Shown here: piece by piece, positions 47,148-56,551 of the stretch
Layout of the letters: each line of letters begins with the position of its first letter
Position numbering within the stretch: the stretch's first letter is position 1
Source: an uncultured Patescibacteria group bacterium
GTDB lineage: Bacteria > Patescibacteriota > Microgenomatia > UBA1400 > PJMF01
Reading direction: 5' to 3'
Length of the DNA: 64,000 nucleotides
Assembly (NCBI GenBank): GCA_905478415.1
Contig: CAJQIG010000001.1
Span: forward strand, 245,892-309,891
Notes under the pieces: generated by a model
Told to the model about the DNA's origin: nothing
Seen by the model: the letters and a program-made list of their open reading frames with translations, nothing else
Databases searched by the model: none
Made by a program: the position numbers and the translations under genes

Positions 47148-47636
47148 CTATTTTTCAAGTTGTTCTTTAAAAAACTTTAGTTCTTTATAGGTGTGGTTAT
47201 ATACAGCTTTTTCACCTTTAAATACACTCACAAAAAACCAGTGGATCACCTTACCAAAAACTGAGTCTGGAAAATCCATAAAAACATTATGATTTAAGTG
47301 TGTGCCATCTTCTTTTTCTTCGAGTGTGAGCAAACCACCTTCTGGAATTCTTATCTTAAAAAATAAAATTGGATATACAGCAACACCTGTCCATACCAAT
47401 ACTTTAGGACGATCTGCATACATTATTTGACCCTTTAAATCTGCATAAAAATTTGCGACTGTCTCTTTCTGATGAAACGTCACTTCGGTGTGCGGTCTAT
47501 TGTCTCTACTATTAAAAACCAAGCCCAAGTGCTCCTCTGGATTTGAAGCAGTCCAGTTCACAGGATCATGTGCATAATCCCAAATTTTTTCTGGTGAATT
47601 TTTAATGGTTATGTTGGTATTTTGTTTTAATAACAT
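47148..47636 (-). CDS. SRPBCC (START/Bet v1-like) superfamily protein
   Basis: Length and pattern KIWDYAHDPVNW...TFHQKETVANFYADLKG are typical of polyketide-cyclase/AHSA1-like folds. Low specificity. Confidence 0.4.
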   Translation of the reverse strand: MLLKQNTNITIKNSPEKIWDYAHDPVNWTASNPEEHLGLVFNSRDNRPHTEVTFHQKETVANFYADLKGQIMYADRPKVLVWTGVAVYPILFFKIRIPEGGLLTLEEKEDGTHLNHNVFMDFPDSVFGKVIHWFFVSVFKGEKAVYNHTYKELKFFKEQLEK

Positions 47637-47642
47637 AGTAAT

Positions 47643-49793
47643 TTAGAGTTTTAGCTCAACCTTTCTAAGTGTCATTGCATTAATAACTACTACCACGCTT
47701 GAGAGACTCATAAGCAACGCTCCCACAGCAGGACTGAGGCGAAACCCAAAAGGAATAAATAGTCCTGCAGCCGCGGGAATAGCAACTAGATTATATCCAA
47801 GAGCCCACCAAAGATTTTGCAACATCTTTGAGTATACTTTTCTTGATAAGAGTATGAGTCTCACAAGGTGTTGTGGATTACTTTGAGTAAGAATAATATC
47901 TCCGGCTTCAACCGCTACATCCGTACCTGCTCCAATAGCAACTCCCACGTCTGCCTGTGTTAAAGCTGGGGCATCATTGACACCATCTCCAGCCATAATG
48001 ACCACATTGCCTTGCTCCTGAAGTTGCTTAATATGCTTATATTTGTCTTCTGGCAGTACTTCTGCAAATACTAGATCTATTTCCAGTTCTTTTGCAACTG
48101 GCTGGGCAGCTGACTTAATATCACCTGTTAACATTGCAACTTTCACTCCAAGTTTATGTAGTTCTTGCACTGCTTGTTTTGATTCTTCTTTGATTTCATC
48201 ACTGAGTGCAATTACTCCCAATATTTCAGAATCACTAGAAATGAAAACAGGAGTTTTACCTTTACTCGCCAATTGATCTAGAGCTTCTTGAGATGTTTTA
48301 GTCCAAACTTTTCTTTCTTCCATTAATCGCTGGTTTCCTAAAAAGTATTCTTTCTTTTCAAAATATCCTTGCATACCTCTGCCTGCTAGATTTTTAACCT
48401 TAGTTGCTTCACTGAAAGTAATCTTTTTCTCTTGTAAGTAATCAAGAATAGACAAACCAATGACATGAGAAGAGTGTGATTCTATAGCTCCAGCAACTTT
48501 GAGTAGTTGGTCTTCTTCTCCAGAAATCACTACCACGTCAGTTACGCCGAACTCTCCTTTTGTCAACGTTCCCGTTTTATCAAAAACTACGTAATCAGTG
48601 CTTTTTACAATCTCAATTTTTCCCATATCTTTAATAAATACTCCATTTTTGACAGCTAGCCTGGTTGCAATAGTTGAAACAGTCGGTATAGCCAAACCCA
48701 AAGCATGAGGACAAGCAATCACTAATACGGTAATTGCTAGTGTTGCAGAAAAAACTAAGGGTTGTCCAATTACTACTGACCAAATAAATAACGATGAAAA
48801 CGATACAGCTATAGCAAAAAATGTAAGCCATTTCGAGGCCTTATCAGCTAATTTTTGAGCAGAAGGTTTTGTCTGCTTAGCTTGAGAAATAAGGCTTTGA
48901 ATTTGACCGATGGTAGATGAATCTCCAACACGTAATAATTTAATTTCAACAGAACCATCAATACTAATTGCCCCAGCTACAACTTCTGAGCCCACATCTT
49001 TCTTAACTGGCTTTGACTCTCCTGTAATATGTGATTCATTAAAACTTCCACTACCTTTAATAATTTCTCCATCAGCTGGAGCTTTTTCCCCTGGTTTAAC
49101 AATAACAATGTCGCCTTCTTTCAGTCTTGAAATCTCAACCTCTGTTACACCTGACTCCGTTTTAAGATGTGCTTCCTTTGGAAGTAATTTTGCTACTTCT
49201 TGCAGTGCATCTCCAGCTGCTGTAGATGATTTTGCTTCTAAAAAATGTCCAAAAAGCAGCACCCAAATAAGAGTAGCTATTTCTAAATAAAATTCAACTT
49301 GAAGAGCCGGTATAAAGGTGGATAGTGCTGAAAATATGTATCCAGAACCAACTCCAAGCGAAACCAGCGTCATCATGCCATATTGTCTTGCCATAATTTC
49401 ATGGCGTGCATGGTCAAAAAAAACCAAGCCAAAATAAAAGATTATAGAAGCAATGCCAAACTCAAGTAATGACCTCAAAGCAAAGTCTGGGACACCTAAA
49501 AATTTTACAGCTGGCTCAGAAAAGATAGCTAGAGGAACCAGGAGAACGGTAACAATATAAAATCTTCTTAAAAATTCATGAGCTGCTTCTGGAGTTGCCA
49601 TCATGCTAGCGTGATCATGTTTGTCATGTCCACCACCCATCTCACTTTTTTTAACTAATTCCATACCACACTTGGAACATTCCCCAGGATGGTCCTGGTG
49701 TATTTCTGGGTGCATGGGACAGGTATAATAATCAGCTTGGTGGTTATGTGCTACATGTTGCATATTTTTCTTACTGTGATGTGAGTGTTTCAT
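47643..49793 (-). CDS. copB: CopB-type copper P1B-3 ATPase (TM6 CPH motif) with a His-rich N-terminus and a CPMHPE...CxxCGM heavy-metal-binding domain
   Basis: MKHSHHSKKNMQHVAHNHQ; YTCPMHPEIHQDHPGECSKCGMEL; TGES; ACPHALGLAIP; DKTGTLT; MLTGD; GDGVNDAPAL. Confidence 0.85.
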   Translation of the reverse strand: MKHSHHSKKNMQHVAHNHQADYYTCPMHPEIHQDHPGECSKCGMELVKKSEMGGGHDKHDHASMMATPEAAHEFLRRFYIVTVLLVPLAIFSEPAVKFLGVPDFALRSLLEFGIASIIFYFGLVFFDHARHEIMARQYGMMTLVSLGVGSGYIFSALSTFIPALQVEFYLEIATLIWVLLFGHFLEAKSSTAAGDALQEVAKLLPKEAHLKTESGVTEVEISRLKEGDIVIVKPGEKAPADGEIIKGSGSFNESHITGESKPVKKDVGSEVVAGAISIDGSVEIKLLRVGDSSTIGQIQSLISQAKQTKPSAQKLADKASKWLTFFAIAVSFSSLFIWSVVIGQPLVFSATLAITVLVIACPHALGLAIPTVSTIATRLAVKNGVFIKDMGKIEIVKSTDYVVFDKTGTLTKGEFGVTDVVVISGEEDQLLKVAGAIESHSSHVIGLSILDYLQEKKITFSEATKVKNLAGRGMQGYFEKKEYFLGNQRLMEERKVWTKTSQEALDQLASKGKTPVFISSDSEILGVIALSDEIKEESKQAVQELHKLGVKVAMLTGDIKSAAQPVAKELEIDLVFAEVLPEDKYKHIKQLQEQGNVVIMAGDGVNDAPALTQADVGVAIGAGTDVAVEAGDIILTQSNPQHLVRLILLSRKVYSKMLQNLWWALGYNLVAIPAAAGLFIPFGFRLSPAVGALLMSLSSVVVVINAMTLRKVELKL

Positions 49794-49841
49794 ACCTTCA
49801 TTATGACGATACTACTGATTGCTGTCATCACCAATGTTTTG

Positions 49842-50423
49842 TTATTTATTGCTTGCTTTTTTTATAAAAAAATATATTCCTGATAATAAAAATGAAATAA
49901 ATGCAAACCAGGTTAATCCTGATTGAATTCCAAACAAATTACCACCCCAACCCATCATTGACATGTCCCTTGGGTAAAAATTATTTGATTCATTATCTCT
50001 GAGTCCCATCATGGAGCCCCCCGTCATCATTCCTTGTGAATAACTGGTTCCACAACCCAAGTACCTACTTCCCATACGTATATGTACTTGTCTTAATGAT
50101 TCTGACCCTTCGCCACCCATCATTCGATCCATAACTTCATGAGCCTCTCCAGGGTGCTGTTGTTCCATCACCGCATCTCCAAGTTGCTCTAGGTCATCTT
50201 CACTTATTTCGTCACAACTTACCTCTTGAATAGTAGTACTACCTTGCTTCTCGAGTATTGCTTGTAAGACAGTTTCAATGGACTCTCCATGTTGAGTTGT
50301 TTCTGTATCACTGCTTTCAACTTCATTTAAACCCATCATTCCCCCTTGAGCTTGAGCTATTTTAGTATGAAAAAACAACAGATTCAAAAAAAGAAAAAAA
50401 ACTACAAATAGAAAACGTTTCAT
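49842..50423 (-). CDS. Methionine-rich secreted or membrane-anchored protein (putative Cu(I)-binding; MMG/MxxM clusters)
   Basis: Signal peptide, then MMGLNEV..MDRMMGGEG..SQGMMTGGSMMGLRD..DMSMMGWGG, and a C-terminal TM. Met-rich motifs as in CopB/PcoB/CusF-type copper binders. Confidence 0.55.
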   Translation of the reverse strand: MKRFLFVVFFLFLNLLFFHTKIAQAQGGMMGLNEVESSDTETTQHGESIETVLQAILEKQGSTTIQEVSCDEISEDDLEQLGDAVMEQQHPGEAHEVMDRMMGGEGSESLRQVHIRMGSRYLGCGTSYSQGMMTGGSMMGLRDNESNNFYPRDMSMMGWGGNLFGIQSGLTWFAFISFLLSGIYFFIKKASNK

Positions 50424-50436
50424 ATCAACCCTCCTG

Positions 50437-50835
50437 TTACTTTGTAGCAGTATTCAAGGCACTTATCAGTTTACTCTCCACATCTTCAGCAATCACAGCA
50501 ACATCCGGATTACTTGATAATGTCAGAGCAACAGAAGGCTTCATTACACTTATAAAAACACGAGTATCTTCTTCATAGACAATTACATTACAAGGAAGAA
50601 GAAGCCCTATCTCTCTTTCAGCTTGCAATGCCTTATATGCATTTGGTGGGTTACATGCACCAAGTATCATGTATTTTGAATAATGAGTATTTAATTTTCT
50701 TTTAAGTGTTTCTTGAACATCAATCTGAGTCAAAATCCCAAAACCTTCTCTATTCAAAGAATCAATTATATCTAACACAGCATCTGAGAACTTTCCTTCA
50801 TACTGTTTTGTGACTGCATATTTTACTGTATTCAT
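50437..50835 (-). CDS. DUF302-domain protein, copy 2
   Basis: Roughly 80% identical to 25312-25743 (estimated by eye). Confidence 0.6.
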   Translation of the reverse strand: MNTVKYAVTKQYEGKFSDAVLDIIDSLNREGFGILTQIDVQETLKRKLNTHYSKYMILGACNPPNAYKALQAEREIGLLLPCNVIVYEEDTRVFISVMKPSVALTLSSNPDVAVIAEDVESKLISALNTATK

Positions 50836-50838
50836 ACG

Positions 50839-51093
50839 TTACCCTCCAATATATTTCTCTGGATCATCTCTAAAATGAGTTTTGCAGTGATCAGAACAAA
50901 AAAAATATGTCGTATCTTTGTATTGCAGACTATATCTGGATTTTTGAGATACATCCATCCCACATACTAAGTCAATGTCACCAACACTGGGCTCAATATG
51001 CATTCCCAGTTTAGACAATTCTTTATCAGTTACTGTTACCATAAGAACTTCCTTAAAATACTTTTTATTGACTTGCTTCTTACATACTAACAA
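50839..51093 (-). CDS. YHS/TRASH-domain metal-binding protein (84 aa)
   Basis: VCGMDVSQKSRYSLQYKDTTYFFCSDHCKTHF: a CGM...FCS..C YHS domain. Confidence 0.7.
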   Translation of the reverse strand: MLVCKKQVNKKYFKEVLMVTVTDKELSKLGMHIEPSVGDIDLVCGMDVSQKSRYSLQYKDTTYFFCSDHCKTHFRDDPEKYIGG

Positions 51094-51126
51094 AGAGCAG
51101 ATGAAGCGAAGATGAAATCTTGCTCT

Positions 51127-51759
51127 TTATCTTGCGATCTGTTCTGGTGAATTATTTTTATTTGTATTAATGTACTTCTGAATCAAAACCTCATCCACAC
51201 TTTCCAACTCCATCATTTTTCCCCATGAAGCAACTACTACATTTGAATCATTTTTTGACCGAGGGGACACTATGACACTTTGTGGATTGTCTTTACCAAT
51301 ATTCCTCAACTTTTCTATTGATTCATCATCAATATTTTTGTATGAAATCCAAATTCCTCCATGTTCTAAACCATGCACAGCTGCTTTATCTTCAATTTCT
51401 TCTTTATATACCCCCCAGTTTTCTGCCAAAGATAGGTGATCGCCTGAAGTTGGAGGATTTGTTTGGTACTCTACAACTGCTTGAGAGGAAATATGCTCTC
51501 TTCCTTCAATCTCAAACTCAGTCACCTTGCCATCCAACGAAACTTCTTTAACCTCTTCTTCAAACTCAATCTGTTTTGGTGTCTTTTTTGTAATCTGTTT
51601 GTAACTAACAACTACTACTAGTAAAACTAGTAGTGTAAGAAAGGTCTTTTTCGTCTTTTGAAATACAGCCGTGCTCTTTTTTTGATTTCTCTTTAATTCC
51701 TTGATTTTTCTTCTTCGCTCATGTTTAGGCAACTGATTCCATTCTTCTGGATATTGCAT
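51127..51759 (-). CDS. DUF3105-family membrane-anchored protein
   Basis: PPTSGDH...HGLEHGGIWISY conserved blocks. Single TM after a basic N-terminus. Confidence 0.5.
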   Translation of the reverse strand: MQYPEEWNQLPKHERRRKIKELKRNQKKSTAVFQKTKKTFLTLLVLLVVVVSYKQITKKTPKQIEFEEEVKEVSLDGKVTEFEIEGREHISSQAVVEYQTNPPTSGDHLSLAENWGVYKEEIEDKAAVHGLEHGGIWISYKNIDDESIEKLRNIGKDNPQSVIVSPRSKNDSNVVVASWGKMMELESVDEVLIQKYINTNKNNSPEQIAR

Positions 51760-51782
51760 AACTGTCCCCTCATTACATTATT

Positions 51783-52532
51783 TTATACTGCCAACGTATT
51801 CAAATTAAAAAACTGAAGTAATTTTATAGAAACTAACTCAACTCTTCCGAGTATTAGTAGTACCCCCATCAAAAGTATCACTAAAGCAGCGAGTATATTT
51901 AGATATTTCCCCACTTTTTTTGTTACTGAAAGTTTCGTAGCTATTTGTTCAAAGAATAGTGCCACTACTAGAAATGGCAGACCTAAACCAACTCCATATG
52001 CTAGTAAAAGACTAACCCCCTTGAATAAACTTTCAGCCTGAGCTGACCAAAAAAGAATGACTGCTAACACAGGCCCTATACATGGTGTCCATGCAAAACC
52101 AAAAGTTAAGCCTACTAGAAACGAGTTCAGTTTTCGAAATCGAGTAGGTGAGAGGGGTAACGAAATTTTTCTTTCACGATATAGAAAAGTTGGTTTAAGT
52201 ACTTTTAACATAAATAAACCCATGAGAATAAACAGAGCCCCACCAGCTTTCTGAATAAATGGTTTATAGACACCCAACATTCTTCCCAAGGTATTGGTTG
52301 TAGCTCCCAATAAGACAAAAACAAATATAAAACCAAGAGTAAAGATAAGTCCATTTAAGAAGATATCTCGTTTGTAGATTACTTTACCCAGGTCGTTCTC
52401 TGTTCTAGAAACGGTGAGCCCTGAAAGGTAGGCAATATATGTTGGAACTAGTGGGAGCAAACAAGAGGCGAAAAAAGTTATAATCCCACCTATAAAAGCA
52501 ATTAAGAGGTTTACTTGTGATCCATCAAACAT
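51783..52532 (-). CDS. ccdA: Cytochrome c biogenesis / thiol-disulfide electron transporter CcdA (DsbD family)
   Basis: SCLLPLVPTYIAYLSG (CxxP..P) in TM1 and a second Cys motif WTPCIGP. Six TM helices. Confidence 0.8.
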   Translation of the reverse strand: MFDGSQVNLLIAFIGGIITFFASCLLPLVPTYIAYLSGLTVSRTENDLGKVIYKRDIFLNGLIFTLGFIFVFVLLGATTNTLGRMLGVYKPFIQKAGGALFILMGLFMLKVLKPTFLYRERKISLPLSPTRFRKLNSFLVGLTFGFAWTPCIGPVLAVILFWSAQAESLFKGVSLLLAYGVGLGLPFLVVALFFEQIATKLSVTKKVGKYLNILAALVILLMGVLLILGRVELVSIKLLQFFNLNTLAV

Positions 52533-52600
52533 ATACTTTTTTTCTAATCAAACTTATAAAAAAGCAGGCAATCTTATAATTGATTGCCTGCTCACACCTC

Positions 52601-53464
52601 TTATAAATATTTTTCGATCGCTTGCTTCACCTGTTCATAAGGTAAGGCTCCTGGAATTAGCTCTTGAACTCCATCATCTGTGACGATAAATGTCCCCGGA
52701 GTTCCTGTGACTCCTGCTGCGCTGCCAGTTGTAAACTGATCTTGGACTCTTTGTGCCATTTCATCACTATCTAAACAGTTCTGAACTGCGGCTTGATCTG
52801 CACCAGCTTCAGCTCCCAGTGCTGCTAAGTCTGATAATGGAAATCCTGTTCCATTTGAACTTGTCCTTTCAAAGTAAAGATCTCCGAACTTCCAAAAGGC
52901 ATCATTACCGGCCAAACTTCCAACACACTCAGCTGCCTCAGCTGCCTTTTGGGCGTTAGCATGAAAATTCAACGGATAATGCCTATAAACCCATGCTATC
53001 TCATCTCCATATTCCTCCAGGATTTGTTGCATTGTTGGGTGAAAACGCTGACAAAATGGACACTCAAAATCTGAGTACTCTACAAGAGTAATCTTTGGAT
53101 TCTTTGCCCCTCTTTTATACTCATTAGCCTCAACAGGTGGTAAATCCCCCAGTTGAGCATCTGTTGGCCCAGAAGGGGCATTAGGCACAGTTGGAGGTTG
53201 TGCAACACCCACTGGACCAGTATTACTGGCACCCTTATTTGACCCATTGGCTAACATTTGATTTTCGGTCCACAATGAACCAATAAAAAAACCACCAATA
53301 GAAAATAAACCAATAATAATGAATAAAACAAAATTACTGTTTATAAAACCCAAAAATGATTGTAAAGAATACGACTGCGATCCTTGCATATGTAACTTCC
53401 TATACTGAATATAACTAATACCTCCTACAACTGTAGGAGGTATTGACAATAATGTCAATTGCAA
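52601..53464 (-). CDS. Membrane-anchored DsbA-like thioredoxin-fold oxidoreductase
   Basis: EYSDFECPFCQRFHP (CxxC) and the cis-Pro region GTPGTFIV. TM anchor, then a Pro/Gly-rich linker. Confidence 0.75.
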   Translation of the reverse strand: MQLTLLSIPPTVVGGISYIQYRKLHMQGSQSYSLQSFLGFINSNFVLFIIIGLFSIGGFFIGSLWTENQMLANGSNKGASNTGPVGVAQPPTVPNAPSGPTDAQLGDLPPVEANEYKRGAKNPKITLVEYSDFECPFCQRFHPTMQQILEEYGDEIAWVYRHYPLNFHANAQKAAEAAECVGSLAGNDAFWKFGDLYFERTSSNGTGFPLSDLAALGAEAGADQAAVQNCLDSDEMAQRVQDQFTTGSAAGVTGTPGTFIVTDDGVQELIPGALPYEQVKQAIEKYL

Positions 53465-53467
53465 TTG

Positions 53468-54436
53468 TTATTCTCGAGGAGAAAAAAGTATGGCAGGAGA
53501 AAAATTAATCTTATCTGATTCATAATGGCTCACACAGTCATTTGTCTGACATTCCCTACTATCACTACAAACTAAGTCGCGAAGATCTGCATTTATTCTT
53601 GAAGGATTAAAAACAAACAATAGAAACATACTAGTAACCGTCACTACACTTACTGTCATTTTCTTCAAATCAATTTTATTTGAGTCAATGCTCCCAGAAA
53701 CTAAGTATTCTATCCTTTGAGTAATTGGTGGTGTAGCAAACTGAAGAGCAACCCCATCTTCAAACGTAAGGCTTAATGCTAAAGATGAGCATAGATGGCT
53801 CTTAGTTCTTTGAGTTTCTATTACAAAAGCATCAGCGGCCAACTCAAATTCCAGTATTAGTTTTTGAACTAATACTTCTATTACTGGAACAAAAAAAAGG
53901 AGTGAACTAATTAACTTTGAGAATAACAATAACCACATGTGGAAATGTCTAACATGATAGGACTCATGGAGTACAACCGCCTCAAGTTGCTTAAAAGAAA
54001 ATGTATCTATCATACGGTTAGATACAATAATTTTTGGCTTAAAAAAACCAATGGTATATGCTGTTGAATCAACTGAATCAATAATTGAAAAAGAAATATA
54101 CTCCAAATCATGCTTTCTAATAATTGAGTTTAATTTTTGAGAAATTGATTTTGATTTCAAGTGAGATCCAAGCTTTCTGTAAGAGAACAGAAAGACTACT
54201 AAACGCCTCAGCATTAAAAGTAAACCCAAAATACCAGTTGCTAAAACAAGCAATGATAAAAGAGTGTAAAAATTAAAATGAACATGTTCCTGAAGATCAC
54301 TCAAAACATTAGTACACACTGTGATTAGAGAGTTCGCTATAAATTGGATGTTAATTTCTAATAAAGTAAATCCTAAAACAAGTATGCTCGCTGATATAAA
54401 AAATATGCTCAGTGGGGTTACTACTCTAAAATTCAT
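53468..54436 (-). CDS. BlaR1/MecR1-like M56 zinc metalloprotease (signal transducer) lacking the penicillin-binding sensor domain; Cys-rich C-terminal tail
   Basis: Four N-terminal TM helices, an HEXXH site (LHESYHVRHFHMW), and C-terminal CSDSRECQTNDC. The start overlaps the blaI-like stop by 4 nt. Confidence 0.7.
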   Translation of the reverse strand: MNFRVVTPLSIFFISASILVLGFTLLEINIQFIANSLITVCTNVLSDLQEHVHFNFYTLLSLLVLATGILGLLLMLRRLVVFLFSYRKLGSHLKSKSISQKLNSIIRKHDLEYISFSIIDSVDSTAYTIGFFKPKIIVSNRMIDTFSFKQLEAVVLHESYHVRHFHMWLLLFSKLISSLLFFVPVIEVLVQKLILEFELAADAFVIETQRTKSHLCSSLALSLTFEDGVALQFATPPITQRIEYLVSGSIDSNKIDLKKMTVSVVTVTSMFLLFVFNPSRINADLRDLVCSDSRECQTNDCVSHYESDKINFSPAILFSPRE

Positions 54437-54801
54437 TTTTTTTGAAGTGTGTCTATCATCTTTTTTCTCGTTTCTTCAGATAATTCATCGATACCATTAA
54501 CAAATGCTAGTAAAGCCTCATCTCCAAACTGACGGACAAAATTGTCCATGCTCTGACTCACAATTTTTTGAATAACATTCTTTTTCTTATCTTTTGATGT
54601 ATACACATGTGTTTTACCTTCTAACATTCTTTCAAGCACTCCTTTATCAACAAGTCTAGTCATTACTGTTTGAACGGTATTATAGGCAATTCGTTTATTT
54701 TTACTTAAATCTTGAAAAATATCTCTAGCTGTTGAACTTTTTTTCTTCCATATAGAGTTCATTATTTCCTGTTCAAGGGGTCCAAAAGAAACTTTTTTCA
54801 T
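54433..54801 (-). CDS. BlaI/MecI/CopY-family winged-helix repressor (no CopY-type C-terminal Cys cluster)
   Basis: N-terminus MKKVSFGPLEQEIMNSIWKKKSSTARDIF...YNTVQTVMTRLVDKGVL matches BlaI. Operator-like palindrome directly 5' of the ATG. Confidence 0.8.
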   Translation of the reverse strand: MKKVSFGPLEQEIMNSIWKKKSSTARDIFQDLSKNKRIAYNTVQTVMTRLVDKGVLERMLEGKTHVYTSKDKKKNVIQKIVSQSMDNFVRQFGDEALLAFVNGIDELSEETRKKMIDTLQKK

Positions 54802-54802
54802 A

Positions 54803-54816
54803 CCTACGAGTGTAGG
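54803..54816. promoter_or_regulatory. Palindromic operator candidate CCTACGAGTGTAGG (contains TACGAGTGTA, a TACAnnTGTA-like cop/Bla box) abutting the blaI-like start
   Basis: Identical core to 25931-25944; 5-bp arms CCTAC/GTAGG. Confidence 0.5.
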
Positions 54817-54847
54817 ACATCAAACTTAAAAAAACAAGCATAGTATC

Positions 54848-55756
54848 TTAGTGATTTTCACAACAACTCTTAGAATTCGATGTGTTTTCTTTATCAGTAC
54901 TTTCACTTTTAACTTGTTTATATATATAAACAACAAATAGTAGTACAAATACAACAAATAACACATTAACAAATGGAACCTGAGCAGTTACATTTGTAAC
55001 ATTCATGGCAACTTGGTTAATTGATTTTGTAATTGATTCATCTCCTGAAGACATAGAGACCTTACCCGTAAGTGTAATTACTATCATTAGAATACCTGAT
55101 AAAAAAAACACAACTGATCCAGCCAAAGTAGAGACAGTAACGTTTCTTTGTTTGTCTAAAAATGTAAATTGGGCTAAAGATTTTCTAAATACTGGATTAC
55201 TCAAGATATTTCTTTTATTTATGAATAAAGATGCTAAATAGAGAGGAAATACCATTCCGAGCACATAACTAAAGCCTATTAATAATGAGAATAGTATTGA
55301 AGGACTAAACGAGCTGAGGGTAATTACCCCAATTAAGACTGGGGCACAACAAGATGATGTAACCCCAGAAACAACTCCTAACATAAAGGTAGATGCTATA
55401 TCTGAGCCATTTTTTCCACCGCTATTCTTTTTAGAGTTTCCAATTTTCAAATTAATCATTGAAAATTTAAAACCAATGAGGGTTAAAAATGAAGCAATAA
55501 TCATAATAAAACCACCAATGAGGTATGTTTTATCATGAAAGTCCATGAAGAACTCAGTTAAAATCTTTGCACCTAACACAATTGGCATCATCACCACAAA
55601 AATACCTAGAGAATAAATAAAAGTCATAAACAAGACTTTTTCTTTCTCTTTGAAAATATTTCCTATATATGCAGGAAATAGATAAGAAATACAACATGGA
55701 GCAAATAATGCCACCATACCTGCAACAAAGGCAGCTATTAAAGATATTTGAATCAT
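54848..55756 (-). CDS. Polytopic membrane protein with vicinal Cys pairs (TM1 FAPCCISYLFP and C-terminal SKSCCENH); DsbD/MerT-like thiol or metal transfer candidate
   Basis: Eight or more TM helices. CC in the first helix and CC in the cytoplasmic tail are reminiscent of MerT Cys pairs. Confidence 0.45.
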   Translation of the reverse strand: MIQISLIAAFVAGMVALFAPCCISYLFPAYIGNIFKEKEKVLFMTFIYSLGIFVVMMPIVLGAKILTEFFMDFHDKTYLIGGFIMIIASFLTLIGFKFSMINLKIGNSKKNSGGKNGSDIASTFMLGVVSGVTSSCCAPVLIGVITLSSFSPSILFSLLIGFSYVLGMVFPLYLASLFINKRNILSNPVFRKSLAQFTFLDKQRNVTVSTLAGSVVFFLSGILMIVITLTGKVSMSSGDESITKSINQVAMNVTNVTAQVPFVNVLFVVFVLLFVVYIYKQVKSESTDKENTSNSKSCCENH

Positions 55757-55808
55757 GTAAGCAAGTTTACATGAATGAAGATGAACAGAAGATGAAAATT
55801 GTTATCTA

Positions 55809-56069
55809 TTACTTTTGAGTAATCATAGTATAAACAGTAGCAAAAGAATAAACTAAAAGAAAGCTTATCACTCCTGCTTCAATCATTCCACTCACTAATC
55901 CAATTACTGTTAAGTTAAAAAACATGTGCCATTTTGACATCTGTTCCGCAGCAGAAACATAGAGCCCCATATTGGCTAATAACCAAATAACCAGCATTAA
56001 CAGTGCTGACCAAACTGCAGCTGCTAAAGCAATTGAGCTGGTGTTAAGTTTGTTTTTTTTGTTCATCAT
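55809..56069 (-). CDS. Small membrane protein (86 aa, 2 TM)
   Basis: Two hydrophobic helices. Within the co-directional array. Confidence 0.4.
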   Translation of the reverse strand: MMNKKNKLNTSSIALAAAVWSALLMLVIWLLANMGLYVSAAEQMSKWHMFFNLTVIGLVSGMIEAGVISFLLVYSFATVYTMITQK

Positions 56070-56089
56070 ACATATATCCTTTTATTAAC

Positions 56090-56551
56090 TTATAGTTTCC
56101 AATTAAAAGAACCTGATTGATTATCAATTCCTTCTATCTCAATAGTAACTGAAGTTACAGTATCTTTCAATTCTGCAAAGACAACCTGACCTGATAAGTG
56201 ATGGCCACCAGCTTCACCTGTCCATTCTTTGACTAAGTACTCATCTCGATTTTGATCATACATTTTAATAATCTTTGTATAATCGTAATCTAGTTCAACC
56301 GAGTGTGTATTCAATTCTAAGTTAAATAGGACCTCTTTATTCGTCTCTAGCTGCACTGGAGTTAACTCTAATGTAACTGCTCCCATTTCCTTTAATTGGG
56401 ATTGTAAACCGGAGTTCTCAGCAACCTTACTGACTACTTCTTGCTCCTTAGCTTTACCCAATACTTTCTTTTCTGTCTTTCCTCCAAATGATTGTATTAC
56501 TATAAAACTTAAAACTAATACCGAAAAAATAAACACTAACTTTCTTTTCAT
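56090..56551 (-). CDS. Secreted or lipoprotein-like protein (153 aa) with a GGHH motif
   Basis: Signal peptide MKRKLVFIFSVLVLSFIVIQS. No Cys. EWTGEAGGHHLSGQ may bind metal. Confidence 0.4.
   Translation of the reverse strand: MKRKLVFIFSVLVLSFIVIQSFGGKTEKKVLGKAKEQEVVSKVAENSGLQSQLKEMGAVTLELTPVQLETNKEVLFNLELNTHSVELDYDYTKIIKMYDQNRDEYLVKEWTGEAGGHHLSGQVVFAELKDTVTSVTIEIEGIDNQSGSFNWKL

Noticed and set aside
54848-55756. MerT mercury transporter
   Set aside because: It shares the vicinal CC feature, but at 302 aa with eight or more TM helices it is far larger than the 116-aa MerT. No merR, merP or merA is nearby. Kept as a generic thiol/metal membrane protein.
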